From Bugula neritina (taxonomy: Eukaryota > Animalia > Bryozoa), in the NCBI GenBank assembly GCA_964035545.1, contig OZ037769.1, positions 4,383,929 to 4,447,928 on the forward strand: a DNA stretch of 64,000 nt, given 5' to 3'. The translations under genes were made by a program, and so were the position numbers. Below are positions 13,772 to 38,525 of this stretch, one piece after another. Each line of letters begins with the position of its first letter. Position 1 is the first letter of the stretch. Below the pieces are notes generated by a model. The model saw only the letters and a list, made by a program, of their open reading frames with translations. It was not told the DNA's origin and did not search any database.

Positions 13772-14776
13772 CCTAAACCCTAAATGTCGTGTTTACAAAA
13801 TCAGTGGTCTAACGCCTAGAGCACAACAGCCCCATATTTCCTGTTTTCCCATTGAATGATGGGGTTGAAATGCAACATGGTGTTTAGCAGAAAATAAGTG
13901 GTTTCTGGAAGTATCAAAGTAAAGCAGCAATGACCTTGTAGTTCCAAATTGACAGGACTAAGATTTACATATGTAATATTATTACGTTGTTGCAAAATAA
14001 TCATATATAAACGCCTGCAGAATAATAATATAAAGCTTACTGTCTAGTGTCTACCCATTCAAACTCTAGTCAAAAATTGTAACCAGTTTGCTTAAGTGGT
14101 AGAGTGATAAACACTCAGAACTGCATGAATTGAAAAATAATCTTGTAAAAAGAAGATTGTAGTTAGAGTATTAGTATATATTTAATATATTTTTAATAAA
14201 TAAACTTACCAGAATTGTGTGTTTCTGCTGCAATGAAGTTTTCAGTATACAGTTCCCCACTGATCAATTCTGATAAAATATGTCATGTAGCGAGTTGAGT
14301 GAGTGTGTAATTGAATTTCACAACTAACTAGTGTGTAACAACACCACCTGCTAGCACCTGTATGGGTACAGCATGGGGAACCTACTATGTTATAATAGTT
14401 TGTAGCCAGTACCAACAATTTAAGCAAACATCAAGCGTGTATCTTTAGCTCAGTGTATTATATTAGGTATTGTGTTAATATTTTGATATAGAGTTATTAA
14501 AGGAGCATAGATTTGTCAATATGAGAAGTGCTTATTGTTTGGCATTCATACACATTTGAAAAGATTGTGATTACGAAAACACTGTGAGCACGAACAATAA
14601 TATGTATTAGCATTCATTGTGACAATGTATAAATGATGCTTTAAAGAGAATTGGACGATGAATAGTTTAAAAGAAAAGTGAAAGTGTTAATGAAGACAAT
14701 GTTTAGCAGTTTGTGGGAATTTCTGAATCACCAATAATTAACAAATTAATAAATGGTGAAACATAGTTTTCAATGT

Positions 14777-14790
14777 TGAGTCATGACTCA
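14777..14790. promoter_or_regulatory. Palindromic double AP-1 site TGAGTCATGACTCA
   Basis: Perfect 14-bp palindrome of two abutting TGA(G/C)TCA heptamers, ~570 nt upstream of a strong minus-strand donor (CTG|GTAAGT at 14210/14209) that may end a non-coding first exon. Confidence 0.35.
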
Positions 14791-15080
14791 GTATAAAAAA
14801 TACACTTGCAGTATTAATAATGTTTATTTGTGTAACGTTAAATCAGAGGAAATCCAAATATAAGCCAAAAATGTATCCATATATTACATGTTGTTGATAT
14901 TATTATGCAGGTATATTTATTCTACAATCATAGTGTACTTCTTAGATAATGGAGAGAATCATGCAGAGCTAGGTCAACTGAATTTTAAAATTTAATTGAA
15001 TAATATGATGACAATGAGTTTGATTGAACTATTAGACCAGCTGGTATGAAGCACTTAGGAAGTCAAATATATAGATTAAC

Positions 15081-15274
<194 letters not shown>

Positions 15275-16949
15275 GTTTAAATTGGTAAGTTTGCAGAGTG
15301 TTGCTCACATAAATTATATTTTGTATGTAGAATAACTAACAATTAATTTCAGAAAGCAGCTAGAAAACTAGTTATGATTTAATGGATGTAAAGGACTTAG
15401 TGGGGTAGACTGATACCTACATACACATACATCTTGATGCAGCTAGACAAGTGGACGAAGACTTCAGGTAAAACAATAAGAAAACAGCCTATCAAAGTCA
15501 TTCTTGTGCTGCTAGCAATGGATCCAAACTAGATTGGCATACAGACCCTAAAACCCCTAAAAAGTTTCAGTGTGGTTAATTTCGTTTGTAAAAACACAAA
15601 TTTTCTGGAAGAATGTATAAGCATAATGTATCCCATGTATAAATGCAACTTATCAATATAGTTTTATGATGAGAAACCTAACTGTTTTAACTGAAGCTTT
15701 GTTTGAAACTTGAAATGTTTATATTTACAAATCTGAGCATAAAAAATTTGGAGTTATGTTCCCTACATAGGCCTTTCAGTTACAATTTTCTTCTGATGTA
15801 GTTGTACAGGCAACTCCAAACATTTATTAATAATCAGTCAAAGTGAAAATGTTACAGCTATGCAAATTGTAGAAGTATGAGAAAAGGTAAGACATAAATG
15901 CACTGTTTTTTGGCATAACTTCTGTTAAACAACAGCTTATTGGCTATTGTTTCTCCCAGTATGCAATTAAAATTAAGCATGCACATGCTTCACAACAAAA
16001 GTTGAGCTATATAAGCAGGATATATTTTTTAAAGTATAAAACATATAATTAAGATTTATTAAAGTATATATTGCAATATTAAAAAATTGGCACAAAGTGT
16101 AGTGGATGGTAAGCACAACAAGGAAATTATTTAGAGATGTTTACAAAAGAAGGGAAAACTTGTCAAAATTATCAAGAAGTTAACCTCCATATGAAAGCAC
16201 ATTTTCAAAATATAAACAACATATAGCACAAGTCAGTAGTGGGTTATTTTAGAATTACCAAAAGTCAATTGAATGAGGAATTTATTGCAATAAAATAAGA
16301 AATTTATTTACATGATTAAATATTTACTATAAGGAATTAAGGAAATTTGAAGTATATTTGTGTTTTAAGTTTTGCCTACTCTTTAGTTATGCAAAAGTGT
16401 GATTAGAATTATCTCCACACACCTCTTGAATTCTGGACTGCACTGTATGTGTGTATTCAATTTGAAAAAAACAGTTTTCATAAAAATCAATGCCCTGACC
16501 ATGTCTAACGAAAAATAAATATTATGAAACAACTTATAAGCCAAAATAATGGAATTAATATGAGACAGTGCCCAAACTACGTATAACATGTATGATATTA
16601 TAACAGAGCCGAGAGGCAAAAATATTCAGATGGAACAACTCCAAATCTACCAAATCTTAAACCTTGTTTACAATTATGATTGACACGAATAACACACCAT
16701 TACAGCTATTTAGGTAGCTGAGCTAGCTTCGTATGCCAGTCAAAGTTTATAGTTAAATGCTGCTGCTGCAGTGGTTTGTAAGTGTGACTAAATGCAGATT
16801 TGTTTGTTGAAAGAGAAGCCATCGGGAAAGTAAATAGCCAGTTCCAATAATAGACTGTGAACCATATGGCCACAACTATAGCATTGGGGTGGAGAGTAAA
16901 TAGCACCAGTAATAACACTTGTTGTCTGTAGTAATAACTGCACATCCTG

Positions 16950-19900
16950 TCACCTTAGAGTTGGGAGTTTAGAGAACTTGAACCCGGGTACATCCCACGC
17001 AGCTAAGGTCATGAAGATGAGGTGATAGCCTATACAACAGAAATAACTCATTACAGCTCCAGTATTTCATAGCACATGCCATATTGATTTTCATTACATC
17101 ACGGTTTAGTGCCGGCACTCTTATGTGGTAAGAAGAGTGGATGTATAGTACAAGAGGATGCACTTCAAAACATGAATGAAGAAGGCGTATGGAGATCATT
17201 TCCACTGGCTGCCTTTTAGTAATGAAAGATTATTCAACACATTTTAAATTTTGAAACAAAATATTAAATCAAAAATTGTAAACATCAAAAAATTAACCTA
17301 AACTTGCAGGAGAATTGCTACATTACATGAATGTTGAGGTCAGTGGAATATTAAGGAAATGCATTGCATATAAAAACTTTAAAACTAGAAACACAGATGT
17401 CCATATTGGTTGACTGGAAAATTAAATGGAGATTATTTTCTATTCATATTTGCTGACCTAATGCTTACGTATTGTAATTCCTGCATTGCATATGTAGCAA
17501 TGCAGCTAGCTAGCCCACAGCAAACATTCTGTATTTAAAGGTAATTTCTTCTATCAAAAATGAATAAAACTTTACTCTCTGTGGCACTGATTCTAATCAT
17601 TTTGACTTGAAGGTTATTTGAGTCTGAAGCAGTAACATTGAAATTAAAATAGTTCTCTATAACTTTCTGCACAAAACTAGTAACAAGTATACATAGTATA
17701 CAAAACCTGTGTGCCACTTGACATATTATAGCATAAGGCTTGATATGTTAAATCTTCGTTATCATAAGAATAGAGCAAGTATAATGGCCCAAAGATAAAA
17801 GAAAGGAATTTGACAAATATAAGACATATTAGAAAGGAGTTAATAATCAAGACAGAGAACAACAGACAGTATACTATCTGATAGGTATGAATATCTAAAT
17901 TTAGCACACAGCTGGATATTTAACATGTCATCTTAGCATCACCAGCGAATCTAACGATTTTAGGTAAAAATGGCACAAATATCACTTTTACCGGACATCA
18001 AATCTAACAATTTCTGTATCTTTGAAAATGTTACATACTCAAGTTAATAATAATTACTTGTGACTATTTGTCATTGCCGGTTAAGTGAACATAATGGACT
18101 CATTAATTCTTGCAATAGCCCCAGGCACTTGTTGCAACTATACAATCACGAGTATAAGTATTGCTGAAAGCTATTACAGGTCACCAGTTGCAGAGGTTTA
18201 GAGACGCTCTCTGGGAAAAACATGACGCCTCATATTTTAGTCCCTGGGCAAAACACTGGCTTTTCAAAATTACATGTTGTTATCACGTGATCTGCCAGTG
18301 TCCGGTCCATGACAACTATACGATAAGGTTTATAAATTACTGTATATCAGGCAATGCATTGCAAGTGTATAGTCAAACTTTGCACAATGCCATGACACGA
18401 CCTTCGTGCAAGCGTAACAACAACAAATGCTATTTTTATACTACTGGTCACTGAATGTTGGCGCAACTTGAAACTTAAATACTAGTTGGACACCCTGTGG
18501 CCTCCCAGTGCTGGTAGTTCGTTGATGGAGTTGATCAGGAACTAAGTAGCTGATGCTAAGTATCAATTTGTTTTTTGATCATTTACTCAGTAAGTAAACT
18601 AAAAATACATGCCAAGTACAAAAGAATGATTTGTATTCCCCTAGTATATTCTACCCTAGCAATTCCATTTAAATAATTAAAGTAGCTGAAAGCCAATGGA
18701 AACCAATGAAGCTGCACTCGATGGCCCCTTCATTGTAAGTGGCCAGTATGAAAAGCTAGAGATTGCCATAACTTGAATAAGTAAGTATATTCCAAGTACA
18801 ACTTACTTCCTGGTATGAGAAGAATTAGCCCTCCGACAATGAATAGCAGGTACTTCAAGTCTGAAATATATTCCATACATTAATAAAATATAACTCAAGT
18901 GAAGATAAAGCAAACACCAGAGTATAATACACAATACAATATATAATTAGAGAGTATATCATTATAGAATAACCAAAATATCTGTAGTATACCTACTATT
19001 TATCTACAGTACACTTACTATTTAACTACAGTACACCTAACATTCACATACACCTACCTACAATCACAACTAAAAGATGGTGAGAATAACAACAGTTATG
19101 TAAACACAATGCTGGTACCAGGAACTATGCATAAGAGATTAGAATACAACACAGTCCATCATAGTACTCATAGCTGATAACAGTAATATAATAATAATGT
19201 AATATAATAACATAATATAGTCCACAATTAGATTGTAAATTAATCTAAGTAGAAGTTTCTTCAGATGGCACTACAATGCTGAACGTGATGTAATATTATT
19301 TTCTCTTCACCCAAGCTGTGACCTTAATTCTATAAATTATAATTCCTTTATAAATGTTAAGATATCTTCAATATCATGACAAACAAGCTCACGTTCTAAA
19401 GTCTGCAAGCAATTAGACCAGGGCAGGGTAGGAATTACATAATCGTGTGCATTGACAACTACTGGGAAATGCGACAATGATATTTAAAGTTATCACATAA
19501 TGATAAGTAACAGATAAACTACTAGATTTTTATCAAAAACTGTAGGACTAACAAAATATTTTTCTTTGAAGTTTTTAGTAACTTTCAAAGGTGACAAAAC
19601 TGAGTATTTTTATGATTAAAACTAATGAAATGCCGGTGTTACCAAATCACTTTAAGAATCGTTGTCAACTGTATGTAGTGCTAGTAATGACTTCAACTAC
19701 TAACTAATGACTGCTAACTAATAACTACTAACTAATGACTATTAACTAGTAACTACTAACTAGTAACTACAAACTAGTAAATACTAACTAGTAAATATTA
19801 ACTAGTAACTACAAGCTAGTAACTACTAACTAGTAACTACTAACTAATGACTGCTAACTAATAACTAGTAACTACTAACTGGTGACTGTACTAACTAGTA

Positions 19901-22900
19901 ACTACAATAACCAACTAACACGCTGTTAACTTACCATCCTTGTAATTTGTCATATATCCTATGATGACTCCCAGAATGACTAAACCTGAAAGAAAATTTT
20001 AGAATTACAATGCTTGCATTGATATATGAATTGCAGAATACATTAGGCTGACCAGACTGACCAGTATATTCTATACAGTATATTCTATACAGTATATTCT
20101 ATACAGTATATTCTATACAGTATATTCTATACTATATATTCTATACAGTATAATTTATACAGCATATTCTATACAGTATATTCTATACAGTATATTCTAT
20201 ACTATATATTTTATACAGTATAATTTATACAGCATACTCTATAGTCTATACAATATATTCTACCCAGTGTATTATTCTATACAATATATTCTATACGGTA
20301 TGTTTGATACAGTATACTCTACAGTCTACAACTTGTATAATACTCCGTGTGGTATTGCATATAGAAGATTCATGTGCCATGCACTAATACAACTCTCGGT
20401 AACATATCATGAGATATTATCATACATACTACAAGATAATCACAGCAACTGTCAATTTCTCACCCATAAACCAACTCTTCTACTGAAACACACACAACTC
20501 TCACACCAATAAAGAAGTGGTTGATATTTACCTAGACCTAACATTGTCAGCACTATAGAGCCAAGGTACACTTTCCAATTCTTCCTTATAGTCGGGTGCT
20601 TTATTACCCTACAATATATATACACGCATAACGTTCAATAACACGACATAAAATGTTGTGTGTGTTGTGTGTGTTGTGTGTGCTGTGTGTGCTGTGTGTG
20701 TTGTGTGTGTTGTGCGTGTTGTGTGTGCTGTGTGCTCTGTGTGTGAGTGTACATTTACATAAAATAATGTGGCTGCAATATTACACATGAAAACCACTTT
20801 AATAATATACCACAATAATATACTCAGTAATAACACAGCGTAACAAGATACAATAACACAAAATACATATAATATCTACGCAATAAAAGACAAAATAAAC
20901 AATATTTATTAAACTAGTCATTATAAAACATCTAGATAATTTATTGCACACAATTAAGTCAGTTAATACACTGGAGAGCTAAAGTGACATGCACTAAAAC
21001 ATGTGGAAGACAGATTATGTAAATTAGGGAGTAAATTTATTCAAATATCATCCTATAACATTATAACAGAATAGCCTGAGGCCCTAGTCCAGTTATAGAG
21101 GAGCTGTATAACTGTATAGACTAGTGGTACGTGTCTACATTTCCTAGCCTCAGGTCTACATTTCCTAGCCTCAGGGGAGTCGCCGTACAGTATATAGAAT
21201 GATTGATTGTTGCATAATAGAGGGCAATTAAAGCCAGGCAGAGTAAAGTTATCCCATGAAGACTAACAATTGCTTGAATAAACATTTATAAATAACACCT
21301 TCTGCCTAAGTGGATAGTGGATAGGGAGAGTGTGTAGTTAGTGAACAGCTATTGAAAAGTATTCCAATAATACTAAAAATGATTAGAAAGAAAGCCACTA
21401 CCAACAGTGAAAGAGAGTAGAATACTGCATGAAAAATGGTTACCATAACACAGTGCAACATAATAAACTTACAGCTGTGTAGGTGTATATATAACATAGT
21501 TACCTGCAGAGACAAGAGGTGTTGGCTCTTTCTATCTCACTATTCACCTGATCATCAACACTAGGGGAGTCTGAGATGAGTCTTTTGTATGTACTAGACA
21601 AATAGACACAAGTATGAGTGAGTGGTGTATTGAATATTGCAGTCTAACACAGTATTTCTGTATCAGTTTAGCTCTTTAGGAGAGCAGGCGTGGTCTAGGG
21701 GTTAGATTGTTTGGCTTAGTAAACAGGAAGTCATGGGTTCGAATCCCAGTAAAGGCCATTGGAGATGTTAGGAAGAGCATCTAGTCATAATTGCCCCAGT
21801 GCCACATCTGAATAAGTCCTTAGATTGCTTTAAAAACCCTTTCAATCAGGGGTTCTCACAGGGAAAGTGACTATAAACTTAGTATTGCTCTTTAAAACTG
21901 CATTTGAAGAGCCAAGAATGATTCACATGTTATCTTAATTTCCACTCAGCCTAAAGTTTGCAATACTACAGCATAAGCTAAACTGGTATGTTAGTTATCA
22001 CATGATTCAACCTTCAGTCACCTTTAAAACATTTCAAATATGAATGTCAGAGTGACCAGTTGCCAGTGGCAACCACTCTAACGCTACTCTGGGGTCACGT
22101 GGGCATAGATTACTAGTTACTAAGTATTACTAGTGTATTAATCAGCCCCAAACCTCTCAGTCACCCGTAACTGGGCTGTGTGTAGGATGTGTTGTACCCA
22201 TTGGACTGGAACAGTTATATTGCAGTGTATTTACCTTAGAGTAAAATTTAAAATAACTTAGTGAATAATACAAGTATATACCCTGAGGCACAATAGTTGA
22301 ATGCAACAAATGAGTGGGAGGGGGTGGAGTGGAGGAGGGGGTGGAGTGGGGAGGATACAGAGTAGGAAGAGGGGAGAGAAGCTGTAATGATTAGAGAGGA
22401 TGGTTTGACATCAAGTAATAGAGGGTGATTAAACGCCAAAAGGTAGAAGAATGGGGAGATAACAACAGAAATGAGAAACACCAATCAGATAACAGAAGAA
22501 GGCTACATACCTCTCTTCAACTTTAGTCTGAGACGGAAGTACAGCAGGATGACTCACCAGATGCACTTCGGACGGCTCCACGGCTGCAGGGGGCTGAAAT
22601 GTTTACGTCAAGATAGAAGCATTTTCCTGACAGTTTTGTATATTTGTAGCACACAAATCACTAATAAAAAATTTATCAACAGAAGCAGTGCACAGTCTAA
22701 AAAATATCAACTGTAGATGAACCAGCATTGGATGTTTTGTCACTTTCAACACAGGCTCATATCAAACAAATAGTAAATGGTAGATCTCAGAACATGAGAG
22801 GTTATACAATACGAGTTATCCCGAGAATCTGCATGTAGCCCTCATAAATACTCACAAAACATGCCAACAGACCTATTACATATATCATAATACACATCAT

Positions 22901-23294
22901 CACATATATCGCACTGATGTCTACTTACAGTTGCAGCATCATTCTCGATCTCTACGACATGAACTGTTGGCAAGCTGCTACTGAGACTACCGCGACAGGA
23001 GCTGCCGGCGGGCGACCCAGAAACTACGTCAGCCTCTGATGCATCCGAGGTGTGTCGCTGACTGCTGCCACCTTTACACCACTCTGCCTCGCTTTGGGCA
23101 ACGTCCTCCTTGCCGTACTTATTGGCATCGTCGGTGGAGTTACGGTGAGAGTGGGCTATGGATGCCAACTTACTAGCAGGGGCAGTTAATATACGAGGTT
23201 TAGGAATAAAGTTTGAAGCTTTGCTTTTCTTAGCCCTATTGCTTGACTCTTCATCCGAATCGAGCAAAATGTTATGATCGTAGTCTTCGGCCAT
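16950..23294 (-). CDS. TMEM134: Transmembrane protein 134-like (TMEM134/TMEM230 family), ~264 aa, 8 coding exons
   Basis: Exons 22929-23294, 22558-22593, 22165-22205, 21504-21593, 20532-20608, 19935-19985, 18807-18860, 16950-17029 (795 nt, all GT-AG, phases compatible). C-terminal half ...VIKHPTIRKNWKVYLGSIVLTMLGLGLVILGVIIGYMTNYKDDLKYLLFIVGGLILLIPGSYHLIFMTLAAWDVPGFKFSKLPTLR* matches the TMEM134 signature as I recall it (HPxIxKNxxV...LLxPGxYHxIFI...GFxFxxLP). Acceptor upstream of the ATG at 23355-23356 implies a non-coding 5' exon. Confidence 0.88.
19695..19905. repeat. 14-bp minisatellite (AACTACTAACTAGT)n
   Basis: ~15 imperfect tandem units in a TMEM134 intron. Confidence 0.9.
20062..20330. 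repeat. 14-bp minisatellite (CAGTATATTCTATA)n
   Basis: Tandem units, perfect at the start and decaying 3'. Confidence 0.92.
20654..20745. repeat. 9-bp repeat (TG[T/C]TGTGTG)n
   Basis: Direct inspection. Confidence 0.9.
21679..21880 (+). mobile_element. tRNA-derived SINE, full length (TMEM134 intron)
   Basis: gagcaggcgtggtctaggggttag...cttagtaaacagg...gggttcgaatccc...gttaggaagagcatctagtcataattg...gtgactataaactt. Confidence 0.9.
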
Positions 23295-26064
23295 GTTGTC
23301 CAAACAAGGTCAATATAGAGGCCAGGACAGGGCTGCAGGCTTAGATTATATTACCTGTAATGTATACATGCTGTAGTGTCACTTATTTAATACCAGTAGA
23401 TATTGTGCAGTATTGACAGTGCAAACTCAGTATGAAGATCAACTGTGTTGAGCATTGAAAACCTGATGAATCAATGATCCACCAAGCATACTAAACTAGG
23501 AGACTGGGCTATCTATTACCAAGTAGCTTTATAAAAAACAGTAAAAATTTATCACTATCTTTTTTTGCATATTCCAAGCTTGCAAAATTATGATAGTCTA
23601 AGCTTCATGACACAAAAAGTCTTGGAAATGAGAGATATGTTATCAGTACAATTTTCAAAAAAATTCGAACACACTGATGCATTTATTAAAGCTAAAATTA
23701 GAAACCCAAACAAAATAAAATACTGGACTGGTTGTTATCTCCCTTCCAATAAGCTACATTTCCTTTTAACAAATTAAAAGCAGGACAAGCTGATGTCTTG
23801 GCAAATGGAACTCCACTTACCATATTCTAATCAATATCAACATAACAGTAATATCTAAATGATGTAGCATCATTGTCCATATGGAGAACAAATGAGAACT
23901 AAAACAACTTTTCAGTGATGTAGAACTATAAATTATGTACTCCCCCCCCAAAGGAAACCATTATTTTTCTAGTTTAGTGGATAGATCTTGGTCTACTTAT
24001 GATATTCTAAGCCGATAAAACAAATAAAGTGCATATGATGGTATGTGTCATCCAACAGTCAATAGTTCAACAAGGCTTCCACATTAGGAGCTGGACACCC
24101 AATAGGAATCATAGGCAACATTAATATTAACTTTGCATCAAAAAAAATGAAAAAACTCTCATCAAGCTTTTGATAAAGAAATGTACATAAGGAGGTCAGA
24201 GTTACAGTCCAGTTAGAGCACATTTTTGTGACAGTTGCACAAAAGTGCAGTCCGCTTATGTCTGAGCTAACATTATTGTTTATCAGAAGTTTGACCTGAT
24301 ATTTTTTACTTTCTAGACTGTGAAAGTCAGATTGTTATCCCCAACAGCAGTATTGATGAGATTTAGATGTTAAGGGAAAAAATACAGAGAAAGATTAAGT
24401 TATCAAAATGCTAAATGTTATGATGACTGGCCGGACTGGGCTTTAGATGGACATGGTATCTTATCACATAGCCTACATCCATATACCAGGATACACAACA
24501 ACTTGCTGAGATAAGAGATGTGCATTGGTGAGCATTTAGTTAGTATATCAGCGATGAGGTCTTTGACATATCAGAGCACATGATTAGTCTATAATTATGC
24601 GTAGCTATTATATAGAAATGTCATTGGAGTATAATTTAGATGGTTGAGACATTCAAAAGGCATTACAATTTTCAACTTGAAAAAATTATGTCGTCACTTC
24701 AGTAGAGAAATCTAAAATAGATTTAGATGAATTCGAAATTTTTTTCAAGAAGCAAATTGAATATTTTATTATCACCATAGTATGACCATGTGCAAGTGAA
24801 AGGGAAATGAACATTTTAGTTATTTTTTCAAACACAGTGCCCTGAGACCAGTTGATGTAAATGCAATTTTGATTAAAAATTGTTCAATTACAATTACAAC
24901 AATAAAGGTAATGAATATTTCTGTATGTATTGCTAGCATAGATTATAGGCCAGAAATGCAAAAAAACAGCAAACCAGATGTAGACCAGTTTCAAACTTGT
25001 TTAATTTAGTGTTATTTAATATGACTATCACTGATACAGGAAAAAACTAAAATTCAGAAAACACTTGAGTTGGGCCTATGCTTGTGACTTGAAATATTTG
25101 GAGCTTTTCCTAAGACACGGCTCAATTCTTGGACAAGAATTGGCTTACACTCACAGCACAGCATTGAAAATGAGAAAATTGATACCAGTGGCCATGAGAA
25201 GGGCAAGACAAGTTCTAAAGACAAGACAAGACAGTGAAATAAAGACAAGTATTTAACCTTAGCTTACGCTTGCAATGACCAGGCTTTAAACAGTAACACC
25301 ATTGATGAATTATAAATGTTTGAAATTGAAGGATAGACATCTTTTGTGCGCATGATTATGCTGATGTTTATAAATACGGCTACAATATATATTAGCCACA
25401 AGAACTAGGCATCCCAACTATTGACTTTCACTTTAGACACAATTACAAAAATTCAAATTTCCATCTTAACCTAACTAACACTTGCAATCATAATTATATT
25501 GATAGCAGATAGAACTGTAAAAGTAAAACTACTAGAAGTTTTAGTATTAGTATTACTATTATTACTATTAGTATTAGACTTACTCTTAGTATTAAAATAA
25601 TTATTATAATTTAAATTACAATTTTATCAAGAAAATAATATTAATATGATTTATTAACAAATATGGATAGTAAATATAATATTAACTATAATCATAATAA
25701 TAATCATAATGAGTATCAGTTGATAATGGTGTATTATATTATTAATATTCTTATAGTTATTCCATTATTCTGACTTATCACTTATGGTTATTCATAATAA
25801 TATTATTATTAGATTTAGTATTTCTAATCACTAATCAGTAAATTACTAATATTCATATTTATATTAATATTAGATTTATTCTGAAGTAAAATAATCAAAT
25901 ATTATTTCATTTTTAATACTATTAATATTATTCTATAATTATTTATATTAACAATAAAATTATTAATTAATATATTCTATTTTTTCAATATTCACAGAAT
26001 AAAAAAAATCATATTCATATTGAATAACTATAAGAATTTGATATATAATTTCATGAAATTGAAT

Positions 26065-26162
26065 CATTATGATTATCATGATGGTGGTGATGATCATGAT
26101 GATCATGATGATTATCATCATGAAGTGATCATGATGATCATGATGATCATGGACATGATGAT
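26065..26162. repeat. (GAT/CAT) low-complexity repeat following an extremely AT-rich tract (~25540-26060)
   Basis: gatgatcatgatgatcatgatg...; gives spurious His/Ile/Met ORF. Confidence 0.85.
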
Positions 26163-28475
26163 AGCAGCAGTAGACGTAGCGGTAGTGTCTTACCAATAAA
26201 TGAATAATGCACTAAGAAGCACAAAAGTAAACTAACATCAGTAGAATTATTGCATTAATTTCAAGTGATCACGATTATGCTTCACAATGAATATACCCAA
26301 ACAGTCGAGCAGAAAGGATTTATTACTAAAACAATAATTATCCAAGACGAGAATAACCACAGTGTGCCATTGTGAAGAGTAAAGTTCAGTCAATGTAGCC
26401 TGCGAGCTAATTAGCAATAAAAATCATTGCTGAGTACTGTTGTCACAACTTTATTCTTTATATTAGCTAAATTTAATTACGTTAGTTTACAGGCTATAAA
26501 CAAAGTTGATCATTCATTTCCAGAAGCAAAAACAAGAGGAGATAATCTTTTTGTCGAGAAAATACAACTCCTAATAATACAATATTATTTTGTTGTATAG
26601 GCAAATAATGCAAAAATTACGTGCCATGCTGAATTTTTGTTATTGTGCAGCTTTACAATATTTTGTAAGCCTTTATAAATTTCCTGCATCAATTATTGCA
26701 TTTTAGTGCTAATAAATTTAATGAAGCCAATTGTTTGTATAAACATTATAATGTAGTGTTTTATTTAATGATATATAAATCAATTCATTTGATCTGCATG
26801 CATAAGTGTTGTAGTATTGCCGAAGATAGCTGCCGTTTGTTGTAAACAAAATAATCTTTTGGAGTTGTTTTAATAATGCAGAGAAAGGCTACAACACACT
26901 TGCTCTTAACCTGCTTCTATAAATGTTTTAAAGCAACATATACCCACGTAATATTCTGAAAAATATAAAGTTTTGTTTGTTGTACAGATAGTGATAATTG
27001 CATTAAGCCAATAAGGTTTGGTTTTATAGGGCTATGTGACAATATTTTTTATTTGAATCAATTTTTAAATCAAAGGTAGTTGTGACTTGTAAAAAGCTGA
27101 TACGTTATATTGCGTGGTAAAATGTAAAAGCAAGTACTTTCTCTGCTCCTCTACAGTAAATAAGGAATGGCTTGTGTTATGTGTTGCTAATCATGTATTT
27201 CCAGATGTTTAGTAAGAATATCGTTACCAGGTTTGCGACTACTATATTATCTGTGACAGCGCTCATACCTTTATGAGAAACAATACAGGGTTCTTTTTTA
27301 TATAGTTTGGAGTTATCCTATATATATTTCAACATAATATTATGTCAAGTACAGCCAATTAAACCATTAGCCGCAATATAACAAAGCAGTTAAAATACAT
27401 GATAATAACTCTGTAAAATCAAACTGCCACTAAAATAAGACAATATTTAGTGGTATAATTTAGATATCTAGCTATAGTGGTGACTTATTGAAAGAAAACT
27501 ATGCTAAATATACTATTTAAGTTGTCAAAATCTTTAAATATTCAAATCAATTGTTTGCAGTCAATTAAGAATACTCTTATTCAACATCTTGTCATTTTAT
27601 ATTGCATTATAAATATATAATATCACTTCATATTATAATTACATGATTTTATTTTTCATATCAATATTTTATATTACACTTCTAAAATGTTAGAAAACAG
27701 CAGTGATATAAAGTAAGTATAGCATGGTATTAAAGTTAAAATTTGTGACATAGTATTACAAATAGCTAAAATATATCCTAATTCCTAAGACTGAATTACA
27801 TTTGAATTTTAAGATATTTGTGATTCTAACCAACAGAGATGCTTCTAGCATGAGTTCATTTAACATATTTTGTAGTTTTCTTACAACTTGTAATTTACTT
27901 CATAACAGATTCTGAGTTTAAAACAAGTTAGCAATAAATTATTGACATTTTATCTATAAAGTATGTTCCATGTTTATATAATTGTGGAGTGAGGAAGGGG
28001 GTAAGAGATAAAAGTTAGAGGGATATACAGGTTACATATGAAGTATCAATTCCTATCAATACAGCTTTGACACCAAATTTAGCATCAGTGTCCAAATTTA
28101 AACAACTATCCACTAGAAAGCGCAATAACACAAAGGCAGTTTAAAAACATAGCAAAACAGGCATATGTGAGAAATATGACATTTGAAATAATTTTTGTGT
28201 CATCTTGCATATAATTGTGTAAAAGAGTGATCTCATTTATAAGTATGTAATACAAAAAATATAGTCTACTAATAATTTATTATTTGATTGTTAATTTTTT
28301 TTCTTCTGAGACTACACATGATCATCTGTGTTATTCAACTATATATAAAGCAATAGCCTGTATTTGGTCAACTAGTGATAAAAGTAAAACAATAAATTAT
28401 ATTGTAAAAGAGTAGGAATGTTTTCTTGCAGTTTTCTCAATTAGGAATTACAAAGAAGTTATTAATTATTGTTTA

Positions 28476-38525
<10,050 letters not shown>

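Noticed and set aside
13766-13783. Telomere-like CCCTAA(A) repeats
   Set aside because: Only 2-3 imperfect units at a SINE truncation point; not an array.
17677-17907. Hydrophobic 76-aa ORF as the last TMEM134 exon
   Set aside because: No family motif; the exon at 16950-17029 supplies the correct phase and the YH..F...GF.F..LP motif.
21682-21750. tRNA-like heads as genuine tRNA-Thr genes
   Set aside because: Acceptor stem cannot close, stems are degenerate, and each is fused to the same repeat body with TSDs, so they are SINEs.
23800-25300. Possible decayed coding or transposase remnant upstream of TMEM134
   Set aside because: Composition is slightly coding-like, but frames are interrupted and I recognise no motif; needs a translated search to decide.
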